Assembly: GCA_963848135.1 (NCBI GenBank)
Contig: CAWKCK010000017.1
Span: 1,282,538-1,346,537 of the forward strand
Reading direction: 5' to 3'
Source: an uncultured delta proteobacterium
GTDB lineage: Bacteria; Desulfobacterota; Desulfobacteria; Desulfobacterales; SG8-13
Length of the DNA stretch: 64,000 nucleotides
Program-made: the position numbers and the translations under genes
The notes under the pieces: generated by a model
The model's database searches: none
Told to the model about the DNA's origin: nothing
Seen by the model: only the letters and a program-made list of their open reading frames with translations
Shown: positions 1 to 10,396 of the stretch, in pieces
Layout: every line of letters begins with the position of its first letter
How positions within the stretch are numbered: the first letter of the stretch is position 1

Positions 1-23
1 CCGAATCTGATAACCGGGGTTCC

Positions 24-125
24 AGCTGTTCTTTCCCAAAGTTGCCTAATGCATTCGGACAGTGCACGCTTTCGCTGCTGATCACTCCCTCCGCTCTGGT
101 TCAGCATTTAAGGGAAAAACTCACC
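24..125 (-). repeat. ~100 bp segment homologous (inverted) to 43255-43356
   Basis: Reverse complement ggtgagtttttcccttaaATGCTGAACCAGAGCGGAGGGAGTGATCAGCAGCGAAAG... aligns with ggggaattttccccgcaaATGCTGCACCAGAACGGAGGGAATGATCAGCAGCGAAAG... at 43255; 72/84 nt identical from the ATG (manual count). Confidence 0.85.
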
Positions 126-155
126 AACCCCTGAATTAACCGTTTCTTAATGATT

Positions 156-193
156 GAACCGGGGTGGCAGGGGGAAACGCGCCGCCCCGGTTC
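156..193 (-). terminator. GC-rich hairpin just downstream of degP
   Basis: gaaccggggtggc ... gccgccccggttc inverted repeat 26 nt after the degP stop; no clear U-tract. Confidence 0.5.
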
Positions 194-218
194 GGTATGA
201 TGATGCCCTCGCCGTAGA

Positions 219-1652
219 TCAAGCCAAGGGTATCACCAACAGACCAGCATTCGGGCGTTTGACAAGCAGTTTGATCCCGTCACCCTTTTTGTTTTGGTCG
301 AGCAGTTGCTTGAATTGACTCACCGATTCGACACTCCCATGATTCACCTCGAGGATGAGATCGCCCGCTTTGACACCGGCCTTATCGGCCTTGCCGCCGG
401 ATTGCACACCGACCACGACGATACCGTTGGCGTTGCTGAGATTGTATTGCTCGGCCATCTCCGGTGTTAGTTCGGACACTTGAAAACCGTACTCGCCTTC
501 GCTTTTCTGATGACTGTCATCGGCTGCCGCCAAGGTTAGCGGTCGTTTTCCGATATTAACCGTCAGGGTCTTGGTGTCACCACCCCGCAGAATTTTGACT
601 TTGGCCCGGTCACCGACACCCAGACCGGCCACCAGTGTCGTCAGATCCCGGCTGGTTGTCATTTTTTTGCCGTTGACCTCCATGATGATGTCCTGGGCCT
701 GAATCCCGGCTTTATCTGCAGGATCTCCGGGGGTAACGGCGGCAACCAGCACACCGGTCTGCCCCTTGGCACCATAGTACGCCGCCAGCTCCCCTTTCAA
801 ATCCTGAATACTGACACCGAACCACCCGCGGGTGACCGAACCGTTTTGTTTCAACTGAGCGAGGACATTCTCTGCCAAGTCGATGGGAATCGCGAACCCG
901 ATTCCCTGCCCGCCGGCGATGATCATGGTGTTGATCCCAATAACCTCACCTTTCATGTTGAGCAGGGGGCCGCCACTGTTTCCCGGGTTGATGGATGCGT
1001 CTGTCTGGATATAATCGTCGTATGGCCCGGAACCGATGACGCGTCCTTTGGCGCTGACGATTCCGGCGGTCACGGTTTGTTCCAACCCGAACGGACTTCC
1101 AATGGCCATGACCCACTCCCCGACCCTGAGATTGTCGGAGCTACCTAAAGCCACGGTCGGTAAACTGTCTTTTGTTTCAACCTTGAGAAGGGCAATGTCA
1201 GTGACAGGATCCCGCCCGATGATCTCGGCGTCGTATTCCTTCTCATCTTTTAAAATGACCTTGATTTTATCGGCACCCTCGACCACATGATTATTGGTAA
1301 CGACATAACCGTCTTTGTCGATGACGAATCCGGATCCAGAACCGGGCTGTTTGAATTCCGGTCGGCCGTTCGGCCCGAAAAACTTTTCCGAATGGTCTTT
1401 GAACGGATTATTGTTGCCAAAGGGGTTCATCCCAAATGGCCCCATAGCCGGCCCGCTGGTCTTGACTGTTTTTTCCACCCGGATGTGGACGATAGCCGGG
1501 CTGACAGTGTCGGCCAGACCACTGAAATTTTCCGGAACCATCCGTACCGGTGCATTCGGGCTCGCATTTGCGATAAATAAACCCGATACCACCAAAAGCC
1601 CTGTCATCATCAGAATGATGATAGACCGTGTTAAATTGATTGTTCGCGTCAT
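219..1652 (-). CDS. degP: DegP/HtrA (Do-family) periplasmic serine endoprotease with two PDZ domains
   Basis: Signal peptide; TNNHVV, DIALLK and GNSGGPL catalytic triad motifs; two C-terminal PDZ repeats; RBS aggagg. Confidence 0.95.
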   Translation of the reverse strand: MTRTINLTRSIIILMMTGLLVVSGLFIANASPNAPVRMVPENFSGLADTVSPAIVHIRVEKTVKTSGPAMGPFGMNPFGNNNPFKDHSEKFFGPNGRPEFKQPGSGSGFVIDKDGYVVTNNHVVEGADKIKVILKDEKEYDAEIIGRDPVTDIALLKVETKDSLPTVALGSSDNLRVGEWVMAIGSPFGLEQTVTAGIVSAKGRVIGSGPYDDYIQTDASINPGNSGGPLLNMKGEVIGINTMIIAGGQGIGFAIPIDLAENVLAQLKQNGSVTRGWFGVSIQDLKGELAAYYGAKGQTGVLVAAVTPGDPADKAGIQAQDIIMEVNGKKMTTSRDLTTLVAGLGVGDRAKVKILRGGDTKTLTVNIGKRPLTLAAADDSHQKSEGEYGFQVSELTPEMAEQYNLSNANGIVVVGVQSGGKADKAGVKAGDLILEVNHGSVESVSQFKQLLDQNKKGDGIKLLVKRPNAGLLVIPLA

Positions 1653-1808
1653 GTGCTTGTCCTCCTTGCGATCGGTTTGTTGTCGACGCGCTCGTTCATT
1701 CGAACCTTAACAAATGGCTCCCTGCCGTCGACGGTTTGTTGGGTTGTTCGGTTCGATTTCATTTGCTGATACATTAATGCCCCAACCTTTCATGCGCCTT
1801 GCACGAAT

Positions 1809-1824
1809 ATTACAACCGTGTAAT
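1809..1824. promoter_or_regulatory. Palindrome resembling a CopR/CusR-family response-regulator box
   Basis: ATTACA-accg-TGTAAT in the degP/M16 divergent intergenic region; resembles the TTACA-N4-TGTAA cop box; a CusR-like regulator is encoded 3.5 kb away. Confidence 0.5.
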
Positions 1825-1932
1825 CCAGCAGAAAGGCTACGGAAAGATGACTGTATTATTATTTATGGACATTCTCCCATCGAGTTGGAGACAAGCCACG
1901 CAGAGCTTAAATTATAGGAAAGGAATTCACTC

Positions 1933-4872
1933 ATGAATAAAATAAAGAACCGTATCAAACGGCTCTTGAAATCGACTCTCTTGTGGGTCTTTGTTGCAAT
2001 CCTCGTTTCAAGCGCGGGTGCCGGTCATGACAGCCGCACCCCCAACGACGGTTTCGGCGATCTTTTGACAGCCCCGGTCAATGCCGCTGAAACGGATCAA
2101 TCCTTCCAAAAGCCGCTGACGCCCTCCTGGCCCCACGAAAATAGTGATCTTACGCCGGACCCTGCGGTCGTGTTCGGGGAACTCCCCAATGGATTCAGAT
2201 ATGCCCTCATGAAAAACCGCACGCCCAAGGACAGGGTCAGCATCAACCTGAAAGTCTTGAGCGGCAGCTTGAACGAAAACGACGATCAGAAGGGTGTGGC
2301 CCACTTTCTGGAACACATGCTCTTTAATGGATCAACCCATTTTGCACCCGGGGAACTGGTGAAGTATTTCCAAAGCATCGGCATGCAGTTCGGTGCCGAT
2401 GCAAACGCCTACACCGGCTTCGATGAAACGGTCTATGTGGTTCTTCTACCTGAAGGGAACGAGAAAAATCTCAGTGAGGGACTTCTGGTCATGAGGGACT
2501 ATGCCGACGGAGCTTCTTTGTTACCGTCCGAGATCGACCGCGAGCGAAAGGTCATCCTGGCGGAGATGCGCAGTCGGGACTCGGCATCCTATCGCACTTA
2601 TGTGGCCGGCCTCGGTTTCGAAGCCCCCGAAGCAAGGTTGTCGCAGAGGCTTCCCATCGGAAACACGGAAGTCATACGAAACACAGACCGCAAACTCCTC
2701 AAGGACTTCTACGATACCTGGTACAGACCGGATAACATGGTCTTAGTGATGGCCGGTGATTTCGATACCCGACTGGCCCAACGACTCATAAAAGATCAAT
2801 TCAGCGGCTTATCCGTCCGGGCGCCGCAAAGGATTAAACCCGAATTCGGCACTGTAAACCATGTCGGCATCAAACCCTTCTACCATTTCGAAAAGGAGGC
2901 GGGTAACACCACGGTTTCTATGGAAGTCATCGAAACGGTTCCTCACCGTCCCGATTCCACCACCCTTCAGGAGCAACTTCTTCTGGGAGAAATCGCCGAT
3001 CGAATTCTTCAACATCGTCTGGATGCTCTGGTCAAGGAACCCGATACGCCGTTTACAGATGCGTCCACCGGCTCGGGAATTTATCTGCGTCGTTTGAAAA
3101 CGGCCATGATCAGCGCCGAAGGCAACCCCGAAGACTGGGAGAAAATGCTCAATTCAATCGAGCAGACCCTCAGAAGCGCCCTTGACTATGGCTTCACCCA
3201 GACGGAACTGGAACGCGTCAAGAAAAGCTTGCTGGCAGAGTACGACGAAGCGGTGAAAACATCAAACACCCGCGACAGCCGCCATCTGGCAATGGAGATC
3301 CTCTCTTCGCTAAATCGAGACCGGGTTTTTCAATCCCCGCAGCAGAGAAAAGCACGGGTGGCACCGTTAGTTGGGGCCCTCACCCTCGACCGGGTAAACA
3401 CAGCCTTTCGGAACGTCTGGTCGCCCGCTCACAGGCTCGTCATGGTCACCGGAAATGTGGACTTGCCCACCGGTGACATTCCTCCCGAGCAACTGTTACT
3501 GGCCGCTTATGACCGCAGCCGGTTGGCAGCGGTCGCCCCCCACGTTGAGGCGAAACCCGTTCGCTTTCCTTACCTGCCTGAACCCTCATCCAAGGGTCGT
3601 ATTGTCAAGACGACATCTCATCCGGACCTCGGGATCACCCAGGTCGATTTCGCCAATGGGGTGCGCCTGAACCTCAAAAAGACCGATTTCAAGAAAAATG
3701 AGGTCTTGGTCAACATCACCTTCGGTAGCGGCCGGTCCGGTGAACCGCATGACCTGCCGGGCCTCTCCGCGTTCGGTCAGGCGGTGGTCAATGAAAGTGG
3801 TCTCGGCTCATTGAGTCGCGATGATATCGAACGGGCCATGGCCGGGAGTAACACCACGGTTGACTTTACCGTCGCAGAAGACCATTTTGCCCTTGAAGGC
3901 CAGACGGTGACGGAAGAGGTTCGTCTGCTGTTTCAACTGATGTACGCCCATTTAACCGATCCGGACTACAGCGAGCAGGCCTATGCCCTCTCGATGCAGC
4001 GATTCGGCCAGATGTACGCGGCGCTTTCCCAATCGATCGATGGGCAAATGCAACTTTCCGGATACCGGTTTCTGGCCGGCGGCGATCTGCGTTTCGGCCT
4101 TCCGCCTTTCGATTCTTTCGCGGCCCTGACGCTCAAAGACGTGCGTTCCTGGATTGATACCGCTTTAAAGAACGAGCCTTTGGAGGTATCCGTAGTCGGC
4201 GATTTTGACGAGATGGTTGTGGTCGATATCGTCGGCACCTATATCGGCAGCCTGCCCGGCCGGGCAGGTTTGGGCGGCGAGAAAAGATCTTCCGCGATCC
4301 GATTCCCGGCCTCGCAATCTTTAGACATACAGATTGAAACCGAAATCCCCAAAGCCTTGATCGTGGTCGCCTATCCCACCGAAGACATGTGGGATATCAA
4401 ACGCACGCGCCGTCTGGCCGTTTTGGGTGAGATCTTCTCGGACCGGCTGCGGGAAAGGCTACGGGAGAGTCTGGGGGCGACCTATTCCCCATACGCCTAC
4501 AACAGACCTTGGCGGGCCTATCCCGGCTACGGCTTTTTTCAGGCGGTTGCAATGGTTGACCCGACCCAGTCGGATGTTGTTTTGGATGAGGTCAGGCAGA
4601 TCATAGCCGACATGTCGCAAAACGGCATTCGCCCGGGCGAACTGAAAAGGGCTCTCGGCCCGAGCCTCACCGGAATAAAGGACCGCCTTCGAACCAACGC
4701 TTACTGGCTCGATACGGTGCTCACGGGGTCGAAACAATTCCCCCAGCAAATTGAATGGAGCCGGACGATCCAATCCGATTACGCCGGTATAAACAGCCAT
4801 GAATTGTCACAGCTGGCCGCTAAGTACCTGGATAATGGCAAGGCGGCCGCAATTGTCATCAAACCGTCATGA
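1933..4872 (+). CDS. M16 family zinc metalloprotease (PqqL-like), exported
   Basis: Inverted zincin GVAHFLEHMLFNGS; NAYTGFDET; WYRPDNM; duplicated M16 N/C architecture, 979 aa. Confidence 0.93.
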   Translation: MNKIKNRIKRLLKSTLLWVFVAILVSSAGAGHDSRTPNDGFGDLLTAPVNAAETDQSFQKPLTPSWPHENSDLTPDPAVVFGELPNGFRYALMKNRTPKDRVSINLKVLSGSLNENDDQKGVAHFLEHMLFNGSTHFAPGELVKYFQSIGMQFGADANAYTGFDETVYVVLLPEGNEKNLSEGLLVMRDYADGASLLPSEIDRERKVILAEMRSRDSASYRTYVAGLGFEAPEARLSQRLPIGNTEVIRNTDRKLLKDFYDTWYRPDNMVLVMAGDFDTRLAQRLIKDQFSGLSVRAPQRIKPEFGTVNHVGIKPFYHFEKEAGNTTVSMEVIETVPHRPDSTTLQEQLLLGEIADRILQHRLDALVKEPDTPFTDASTGSGIYLRRLKTAMISAEGNPEDWEKMLNSIEQTLRSALDYGFTQTELERVKKSLLAEYDEAVKTSNTRDSRHLAMEILSSLNRDRVFQSPQQRKARVAPLVGALTLDRVNTAFRNVWSPAHRLVMVTGNVDLPTGDIPPEQLLLAAYDRSRLAAVAPHVEAKPVRFPYLPEPSSKGRIVKTTSHPDLGITQVDFANGVRLNLKKTDFKKNEVLVNITFGSGRSGEPHDLPGLSAFGQAVVNESGLGSLSRDDIERAMAGSNTTVDFTVAEDHFALEGQTVTEEVRLLFQLMYAHLTDPDYSEQAYALSMQRFGQMYAALSQSIDGQMQLSGYRFLAGGDLRFGLPPFDSFAALTLKDVRSWIDTALKNEPLEVSVVGDFDEMVVVDIVGTYIGSLPGRAGLGGEKRSSAIRFPASQSLDIQIETEIPKALIVVAYPTEDMWDIKRTRRLAVLGEIFSDRLRERLRESLGATYSPYAYNRPWRAYPGYGFFQAVAMVDPTQSDVVLDEVRQIIADMSQNGIRPGELKRALGPSLTGIKDRLRTNAYWLDTVLTGSKQFPQQIEWSRTIQSDYAGINSHELSQLAAKYLDNGKAAAIVIKPS

Positions 4873-5011
4873 ACCCCGTTGGTAAAATAAATAGTCACCG
4901 CAAGGGCGCAAAGATCGTAGAGGTTATTCTTCTTTCTTTTCCCGCTGAGACGCCGGAAAGGAATGGGCCCTTGACGCCGCGTGGTTTTTCTCACTATTGC
5001 CTATGTTGGGC

Positions 5012-5191
5012 GGTTCAGGGTTCAACGTTCTGGGTTGAAAAGCCCTTAAACTCCTTATATATACATAGTTCTGGTTTTATGGTGTTAATAAAACCGTTTC
5101 ACTCAATGGGGTATGTTGGGTATTCCGGATCTTGAATATTAGGGTATGCCGTATCCATTGATAGTAACCTTTGAACCCTGAACCTGAAACC
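5012..5191. repeat. Inverted heptamer repeat arrays bracketing an AT-rich spacer
   Basis: ggttcag-ggttcaa-cgttctg at 5012 and the exact 14-bp inverse ttgaaccctgaacc at 5171-5184. Confidence 0.6.
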
Positions 5192-5286
5192 GATCAGTTT
5201 GGGTATTAGTACTTGCATAAAGCGTTTCGAAATTTTCAATAACGAAAACTTTCCAAGGGCACGAATAATAGGGAAAGATTGTCTCA

Positions 5287-5961
5287 ATGAGAATCCTGGT
5301 TGTTGAAGATGACAAGAAGATCGCCTCCTTTGTCGCCAAGGGCCTGAAGGAGGCCGGTTATGCGGTTGATATCGCGCATGACGGGTTGGACGGGCTGGAT
5401 CTCGGGCTCAGCGGGGTCTATGATGCCGCCGTTGTCGACATCATGCTCCCCGGCATAGACGGGTTGACCCTGATCGAACGGCTGCGGGCCAAAAAGGACA
5501 ATACCCCCGTGATAATCCTCAGCGCCAAGCGGACCGTGGATGATCGGGTGAAGGGATTGCAGGCCGGAGGGGACGACTACCTGACCAAGCCCTTTTCCTT
5601 TTCCGAATTGCTGGCTCGCGTTCAGGCATTGATCCGCAGAGACACGCGGGTGGCAGAGCCTTCGACGCTTACCGTCGGCGATCTCAGTGTCGACCTGTTG
5701 ACACGCGAAGCCAAACGCGAAGAAACGATTATCAGTCTACCGGCGCGGGAATTTGCGCTGCTGGAATACCTGATGCGCAATCCCGGCCGAATCATCTCCA
5801 AGACCTCCATTCTGGAAAATATTTACGACTACAGCTTCGATCCGCAAACAAACGTTGTCGATGTTTTGGTTTGCCGTCTGCGCAATAAAATCGACAAAGA
5901 TTTTGACCGCAAAATGCTCCATACGGTCAGGGGAATGGGGTATGTCCTTAAAGACCAATAG
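5287..5961 (+). CDS. OmpR-family response regulator (CusR/CopR/CzcR-like)
   Basis: MRILVVEDD receiver, DIMLP, GGDDYLTKPF, wHTH NVVDVLVCRLRNKID...HTVRGMGY. Confidence 0.95.
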   Translation: MRILVVEDDKKIASFVAKGLKEAGYAVDIAHDGLDGLDLGLSGVYDAAVVDIMLPGIDGLTLIERLRAKKDNTPVIILSAKRTVDDRVKGLQAGGDDYLTKPFSFSELLARVQALIRRDTRVAEPSTLTVGDLSVDLLTREAKREETIISLPAREFALLEYLMRNPGRIISKTSILENIYDYSFDPQTNVVDVLVCRLRNKIDKDFDRKMLHTVRGMGYVLKDQ

Positions 5962-7339
5962 GCGAACCGGCCTGACCTTCAGCCTGAAGTTGAGCATCTC
6001 GTACGCTGTTTTTTTCGTGTTCAGCTCCCTGGCGCTCTTCCTCGCTGCCTATTACCTGATTAACGGATTGGTCGGAGAAAAAGAACGGGAAGTCATCCGT
6101 GACCGCATCCAGGAGTACTCGGCCTGGTTTTCAGAAGGGGGTGTGGATGCCGTCCGTACACGGTTTGCAACGCAATCCCGGGGCTCCGGCGATATTTTCT
6201 TCATCCGGATCATCGGACCGCTCAACCAGGTGTTGTTCATCAGCCTCCCACCGGGCGCCGAAGAGTTTGATCGGCACCGGCTCAAAGCTCCTGCTCCGGG
6301 TCAAAAGGATCCCCTTTTTTTCGTAGAGGACGACGGAAAAGGTTCCTGGACAATCGGCAACAGCCGACTTCCCGGCGGACTGATTCTCCAAGTCGGCAAG
6401 AACTCAACCCGCAGCCAGGAGTTTTTGTCCTACTTTCGATCGGTATTCCTCAAAATTGTTCTTCCACTGCTTCTGCTCGGTATTATCGGTGGTGGTTTTT
6501 TGACCTTCCGCGCCATGCGCCCCGTCCGGCAATTGATCCTGACGGTAAGGAGAATACTTGACACCGGCGATACGAGCAGACGGGTGCCCACGCGTTCCGG
6601 ACGCGGCGAACTCGATGAACTCGTCAGTCTTTTCAACCAGATGCTGGATAAAAACGACGCGCTTATCCAGGCCATGCACGAATCCCTGGACAATGTCTCC
6701 CACGATTTGCGCACCCCCATGACCCGCCTGCGGGGAACAGCCGAACTGGCCCTGCAGCATAATCAGGATTCGGACCCTTGCCGGGAGGCACTGGCCGACT
6801 GTATGGAAGAATCCGACCGGGTCCTGACAATACTGAACACCCTGATGGACGTGGCCGAAGCAGAGACCGGCGCAATGCGGTTGAACAAAACCGATGTATC
6901 GGTACCGGAGATCGTGCACTCCGTGGCCGATCTCTACGAGATCATCGCAGAAGAATCGCAGATGACCATCCATACCCACCTGCCGGACGAACTTCTGATT
7001 CATGCCGATCGAAACCGCATCCAGCAGGTTACCGCCAACCTCCTTGACAACGCCATCAAATACAACCACCCGGGCAGCCCGATCGATATTTCGGCTCACG
7101 AAGACGGCCCGTTCGCTGTGATCAAAGTGGCCGACAAGGGCGTCGGGATTGCCCCGGAGGATATCAATCAGATCTGGGATCGGCTTTACCGCGGCGACCG
7201 CAGTCGCTCCAAACGCGGTCTGGGGTTGGGATTGAGCTTGGTCAGGGCCATCGTTGAAGCCCACGGCGGAAAGGTCAGAGTGGAAAGCCGGCCCGATGAG
7301 GGGGCAACGTTTTACGTCATGTTACCCAAAGCAGAATAA
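5942..7339 (+). CDS. HAMP-containing sensor histidine kinase
   Basis: Two TM helices, HAMP, H-box VSHDLRTPMTRL, N-box NLLDNAIKY, G-boxes DKGVGI/GLGLGL; ATG at 5942 overlaps regulator end. Confidence 0.93.
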   Translation: MSLKTNRRTGLTFSLKLSISYAVFFVFSSLALFLAAYYLINGLVGEKEREVIRDRIQEYSAWFSEGGVDAVRTRFATQSRGSGDIFFIRIIGPLNQVLFISLPPGAEEFDRHRLKAPAPGQKDPLFFVEDDGKGSWTIGNSRLPGGLILQVGKNSTRSQEFLSYFRSVFLKIVLPLLLLGIIGGGFLTFRAMRPVRQLILTVRRILDTGDTSRRVPTRSGRGELDELVSLFNQMLDKNDALIQAMHESLDNVSHDLRTPMTRLRGTAELALQHNQDSDPCREALADCMEESDRVLTILNTLMDVAEAETGAMRLNKTDVSVPEIVHSVADLYEIIAEESQMTIHTHLPDELLIHADRNRIQQVTANLLDNAIKYNHPGSPIDISAHEDGPFAVIKVADKGVGIAPEDINQIWDRLYRGDRSRSKRGLGLGLSLVRAIVEAHGGKVRVESRPDEGATFYVMLPKAE

Positions 7340-7362
7340 TCTACCCATCAAAGGAACAAAAC

Positions 7363-7893
7363 ATGGCATCACAAAAAACCGGGAAGAAAACAAAACCGAA
7401 CCGAAAGTCTGAGAAAAGAAAAAAAATGCCGGCCATGTCTTTGTTGATCGTCGGCATTGTTGCCGCCGTTGTCATCGGCGCTTTTTTCCTCAATAGATAC
7501 AACAATGAAACTAACCGGTTACCGACATTGAAGGATGCCGCATCGTCACGTCCGCCAGTAAAAAATCCTTCACCAGCGCAGGATACTTACGCCAAACTGC
7601 TCGGCCGCTGGCAGCGACCGGATGGCGGTTACGTCATCGACATTTCTTCTGTCAACACCGATGGTTCGCTTGAGGCCGCTTATTTTAATCCGCGTCCGAT
7701 CAATGTTTCACAGGCATCGGCAGCCATCGAGGAGGGAAAAATAAAAATATTTATCGAGCTTCGCGATGTCGGGTACCCGGGTGCAAGATATTCCCTGGCC
7801 TACACCCCTCAAAGCGACACGCTGAAAGGCCTCTATTATCAGCCCAGCGTTGGACAGAGTTTCGAGGTTGTCTTTGCGCGGATGAATCCGTGA
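7363..7893 (+). CDS. Membrane-anchored hypothetical protein
   Basis: RBS aagga; basic N-terminus, one TM helix, beta-rich domain GRWQRPDGGY...AAYFNPRPI. Confidence 0.75.
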   Translation: MASQKTGKKTKPNRKSEKRKKMPAMSLLIVGIVAAVVIGAFFLNRYNNETNRLPTLKDAASSRPPVKNPSPAQDTYAKLLGRWQRPDGGYVIDISSVNTDGSLEAAYFNPRPINVSQASAAIEEGKIKIFIELRDVGYPGARYSLAYTPQSDTLKGLYYQPSVGQSFEVVFARMNP

Positions 7894-8215
7894 TCAATTT
7901 ATGAAGCAAATCTAGACTTATGCTTTTTTGATTCGAATACCCCCCTTACCTCTTACAAAATAACTGAAAGCCTCTTAGACCTCTTTTCCTTATTTCAGGG
8001 GTAATTTTTGAAAAGCAGTATAAATCGATAAGCAATATCGAGCGACTCGATTTTTTTGCCTCGTTTTAGTTGACTTCCAGTTTTACAGCATTAGATTCAC
8101 TCAAACAAAAGCGGTTATTCCCCAGTTTCCTGCCTTAACTTCACTTACTCAACCATTCACTTAAATTATTCGCTGTAGACTGTTTGACTATTACTAAGAT
8201 GAAAAGGAGGTTTAA

Positions 8216-9325
8216 ATGAAAAGAAATGGATTTGTTTTGCTTCTGGTCGCCGCCCTGGCCTTATCGGGCGTGTTTGTTTCCGTATCTTCGGCTCTGGAGG
8301 TCGTGGTCGAGGAGGATATTAAAGAGAACATTATCGCTACAGAGAGCTTCGTGAAAGTCGTCGACAATTTCATCGTGCTCTTCGACGCGTCCCGGTCGAT
8401 GGCCGACACCTACCCGGCCAGCGGCACGCAAAAGATCGAAGCCGCCAAAGAGATCCTGCGTCAGCAAAATGCCATATTGCCGGATCTGGGTTGGAACGCC
8501 GGTCTTTACACCTACACGCCCTGGAAATCCTACTACGATATGGCCGCATACGACAAGGCCGCCTATGGTGGTGCCATCGATAGCCTGCCCTCGACCCGCA
8601 CCGCCGGCGAGTGGGTGCAGAATAGAACCCCACTGGCCGACGGCATCGACCGGCTCGATCCGGTGCTCTCTGGCCTGTCGGGCAAAACCGCCGTATTCAT
8701 TTTCACTGACGGCTCTTACCAGAGAATCGAGCCCAAAAAACTCTGGCCCATGGACGCCATTAAAAAGGTCGCCGAGAAGCATCCGGATACCTGTTTTTAT
8801 TTTGTCAGTTCCGCTAAACCCGGAAAGCAGTTGAACCTGTTGAACGAAATGGCTGGGGTCAACTCTTGTTCGCGGGTCATACCCTTTGACGATCTGTACA
8901 ATAATCCCGTATACGGTGCCGGCTTGCTCTACCTGGTAAAATCCGGCACGGAAGTGGTCACCACAACCGAGAAACGTTTCGTCGGGGTCGAGGTGGGCGA
9001 TGTCAACTTCGAATTCGCCAAGGCCGATATCGAGATGCAATACGCCAGCGAACTCGATAAGCTGGGTAAATTTCTGCAGGAACACCCGAAGGCCGCGGTC
9101 GCGTTGGCCGGTTTCACCGACAGTATCGGCACCGAGGAATACAATCTTTACCTCTCGCAACGGCGGGCGGAAAGTGTGGCCAACTACCTGAAACAAAACT
9201 TCAACATCGGCTCGGACCGTATTGCCACGTTCTGGTACGGGAAAACCAACCCGATTGCCGACAACAGCACACCCCAAGGCCGCGCCAAGAACCGGCGGGT
9301 GGAAGTCGCCATCGGTGGCATGTAA
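8216..9325 (+). CDS. OmpA-family protein with N-terminal vWA-like domain
   Basis: Signal peptide; MIDAS-like LFDASRSM and IFTDG; OmpA C-term GFTDSIG...NLYLSQRRA...NRRVEV; RBS aggagg. Confidence 0.92.
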   Translation: MKRNGFVLLLVAALALSGVFVSVSSALEVVVEEDIKENIIATESFVKVVDNFIVLFDASRSMADTYPASGTQKIEAAKEILRQQNAILPDLGWNAGLYTYTPWKSYYDMAAYDKAAYGGAIDSLPSTRTAGEWVQNRTPLADGIDRLDPVLSGLSGKTAVFIFTDGSYQRIEPKKLWPMDAIKKVAEKHPDTCFYFVSSAKPGKQLNLLNEMAGVNSCSRVIPFDDLYNNPVYGAGLLYLVKSGTEVVTTTEKRFVGVEVGDVNFEFAKADIEMQYASELDKLGKFLQEHPKAAVALAGFTDSIGTEEYNLYLSQRRAESVANYLKQNFNIGSDRIATFWYGKTNPIADNSTPQGRAKNRRVEVAIGGM

Positions 9326-9358
9326 TTAAAGAGACAAACACTTGACTACTGGGTGCCC

Positions 9359-9403
9359 AGCCAGCAGGTATCTGATATTCGCGAGAATAGATACCTGCTG
9401 GCT
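9359..9403 (+). terminator. Strong hairpin after the OmpA gene
   Basis: 15-bp perfect stem agccagcaggtatct / agatacctgctggct; only a short T-run. Confidence 0.6.
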
Positions 9404-9572
9404 TTACCAACCCGGGTTTGTAATGACCGTTCCCAATCGAAAAAGCAAAATGATCGCCGGCAGCGAATATCGAAATTAGTTGCCGGCTTTTTATTTTCCT
9501 GATAGACCGAAGTATCTCGATCGCAATTTTGAAGAGTATGCTTGCCAAGGACCTTAAATCAGGAGTTGTGAC

Positions 9573-10274
9573 ATGAAAAAAACGCGTCAGAGCCTTCTAT
9601 TGTTTCTATGTGCCCTCGTTATCGGCACCGGGGTGGCGGGTGTCGCTCCAGAAGTCAACGCATCCGAGCCCACGAAACAGCAGTTGCTCGTCGATCAGGC
9701 CCGTATCACTTTTCAAAGCATGATCACCGAGCACGGTATGACCTGGCTGCGGGACAATTTATACCAGGCCAAGGGCGTTTTGATCATACCGCGCCTGCTG
9801 AAAGGCGGTTTTATCTTCGGAGGCTCCGGCGGTTGGGGCGTTTTGCTTGTCAAAGACCCCGACACCGGTCAATGGAGTCAACCGGCTTTTTATTCTTTCG
9901 GCGGGGGAAGTATCGGATTTCAGATCGGCATCGAATCCGCAGAGGTAATCATGATGGTTAGAACCCAAAAGGGTGTGGACAAGTTTCTGGCCTCCTCATT
10001 TAAACTCGGGGGCGATGTTTCATTGACGGTCGGACCGGTCGGCCAGGGCGTCAGATCGAATGTCACCGCCGATATCTACTCCTTTTCCCGCTCCCAAGGC
10101 CTTTTCGGGGGTGTCGCTATAGATGGTGCCCTACTCAAAACCAGCGATGACAGGAATGCCGCCTATTACGGCCGGCCGGTCACACCGGCGGATATTCTCA
10201 TATCGAACTTGGTCAACAATCCCGGATCCACTGAACTTCGCAATGCAATATCCAGTGTTGCCATAAAAAAATAG
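9573..10274 (+). CDS. Lipid-binding SYLF (Ysc84-like) domain protein
   Basis: KGGFIFGGSGG.G, WSQPAF, SIGFQIG, FSRSQGLFGGVAIDG, NAAYYG motifs; signal peptide. Confidence 0.9.
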   Translation: MKKTRQSLLLFLCALVIGTGVAGVAPEVNASEPTKQQLLVDQARITFQSMITEHGMTWLRDNLYQAKGVLIIPRLLKGGFIFGGSGGWGVLLVKDPDTGQWSQPAFYSFGGGSIGFQIGIESAEVIMMVRTQKGVDKFLASSFKLGGDVSLTVGPVGQGVRSNVTADIYSFSRSQGLFGGVAIDGALLKTSDDRNAAYYGRPVTPADILISNLVNNPGSTELRNAISSVAIKK

Positions 10275-10396
10275 CCGGTAGCGACCTTGTCTGCGTAACT
10301 CGGTGTTACATCCGAACGGGATAGGTCTTGCCCTGTCGAGCAATATATAAAAATAGATAATAATTTATGCAGGTTGGTTATCAAGGAGGAGAATCC

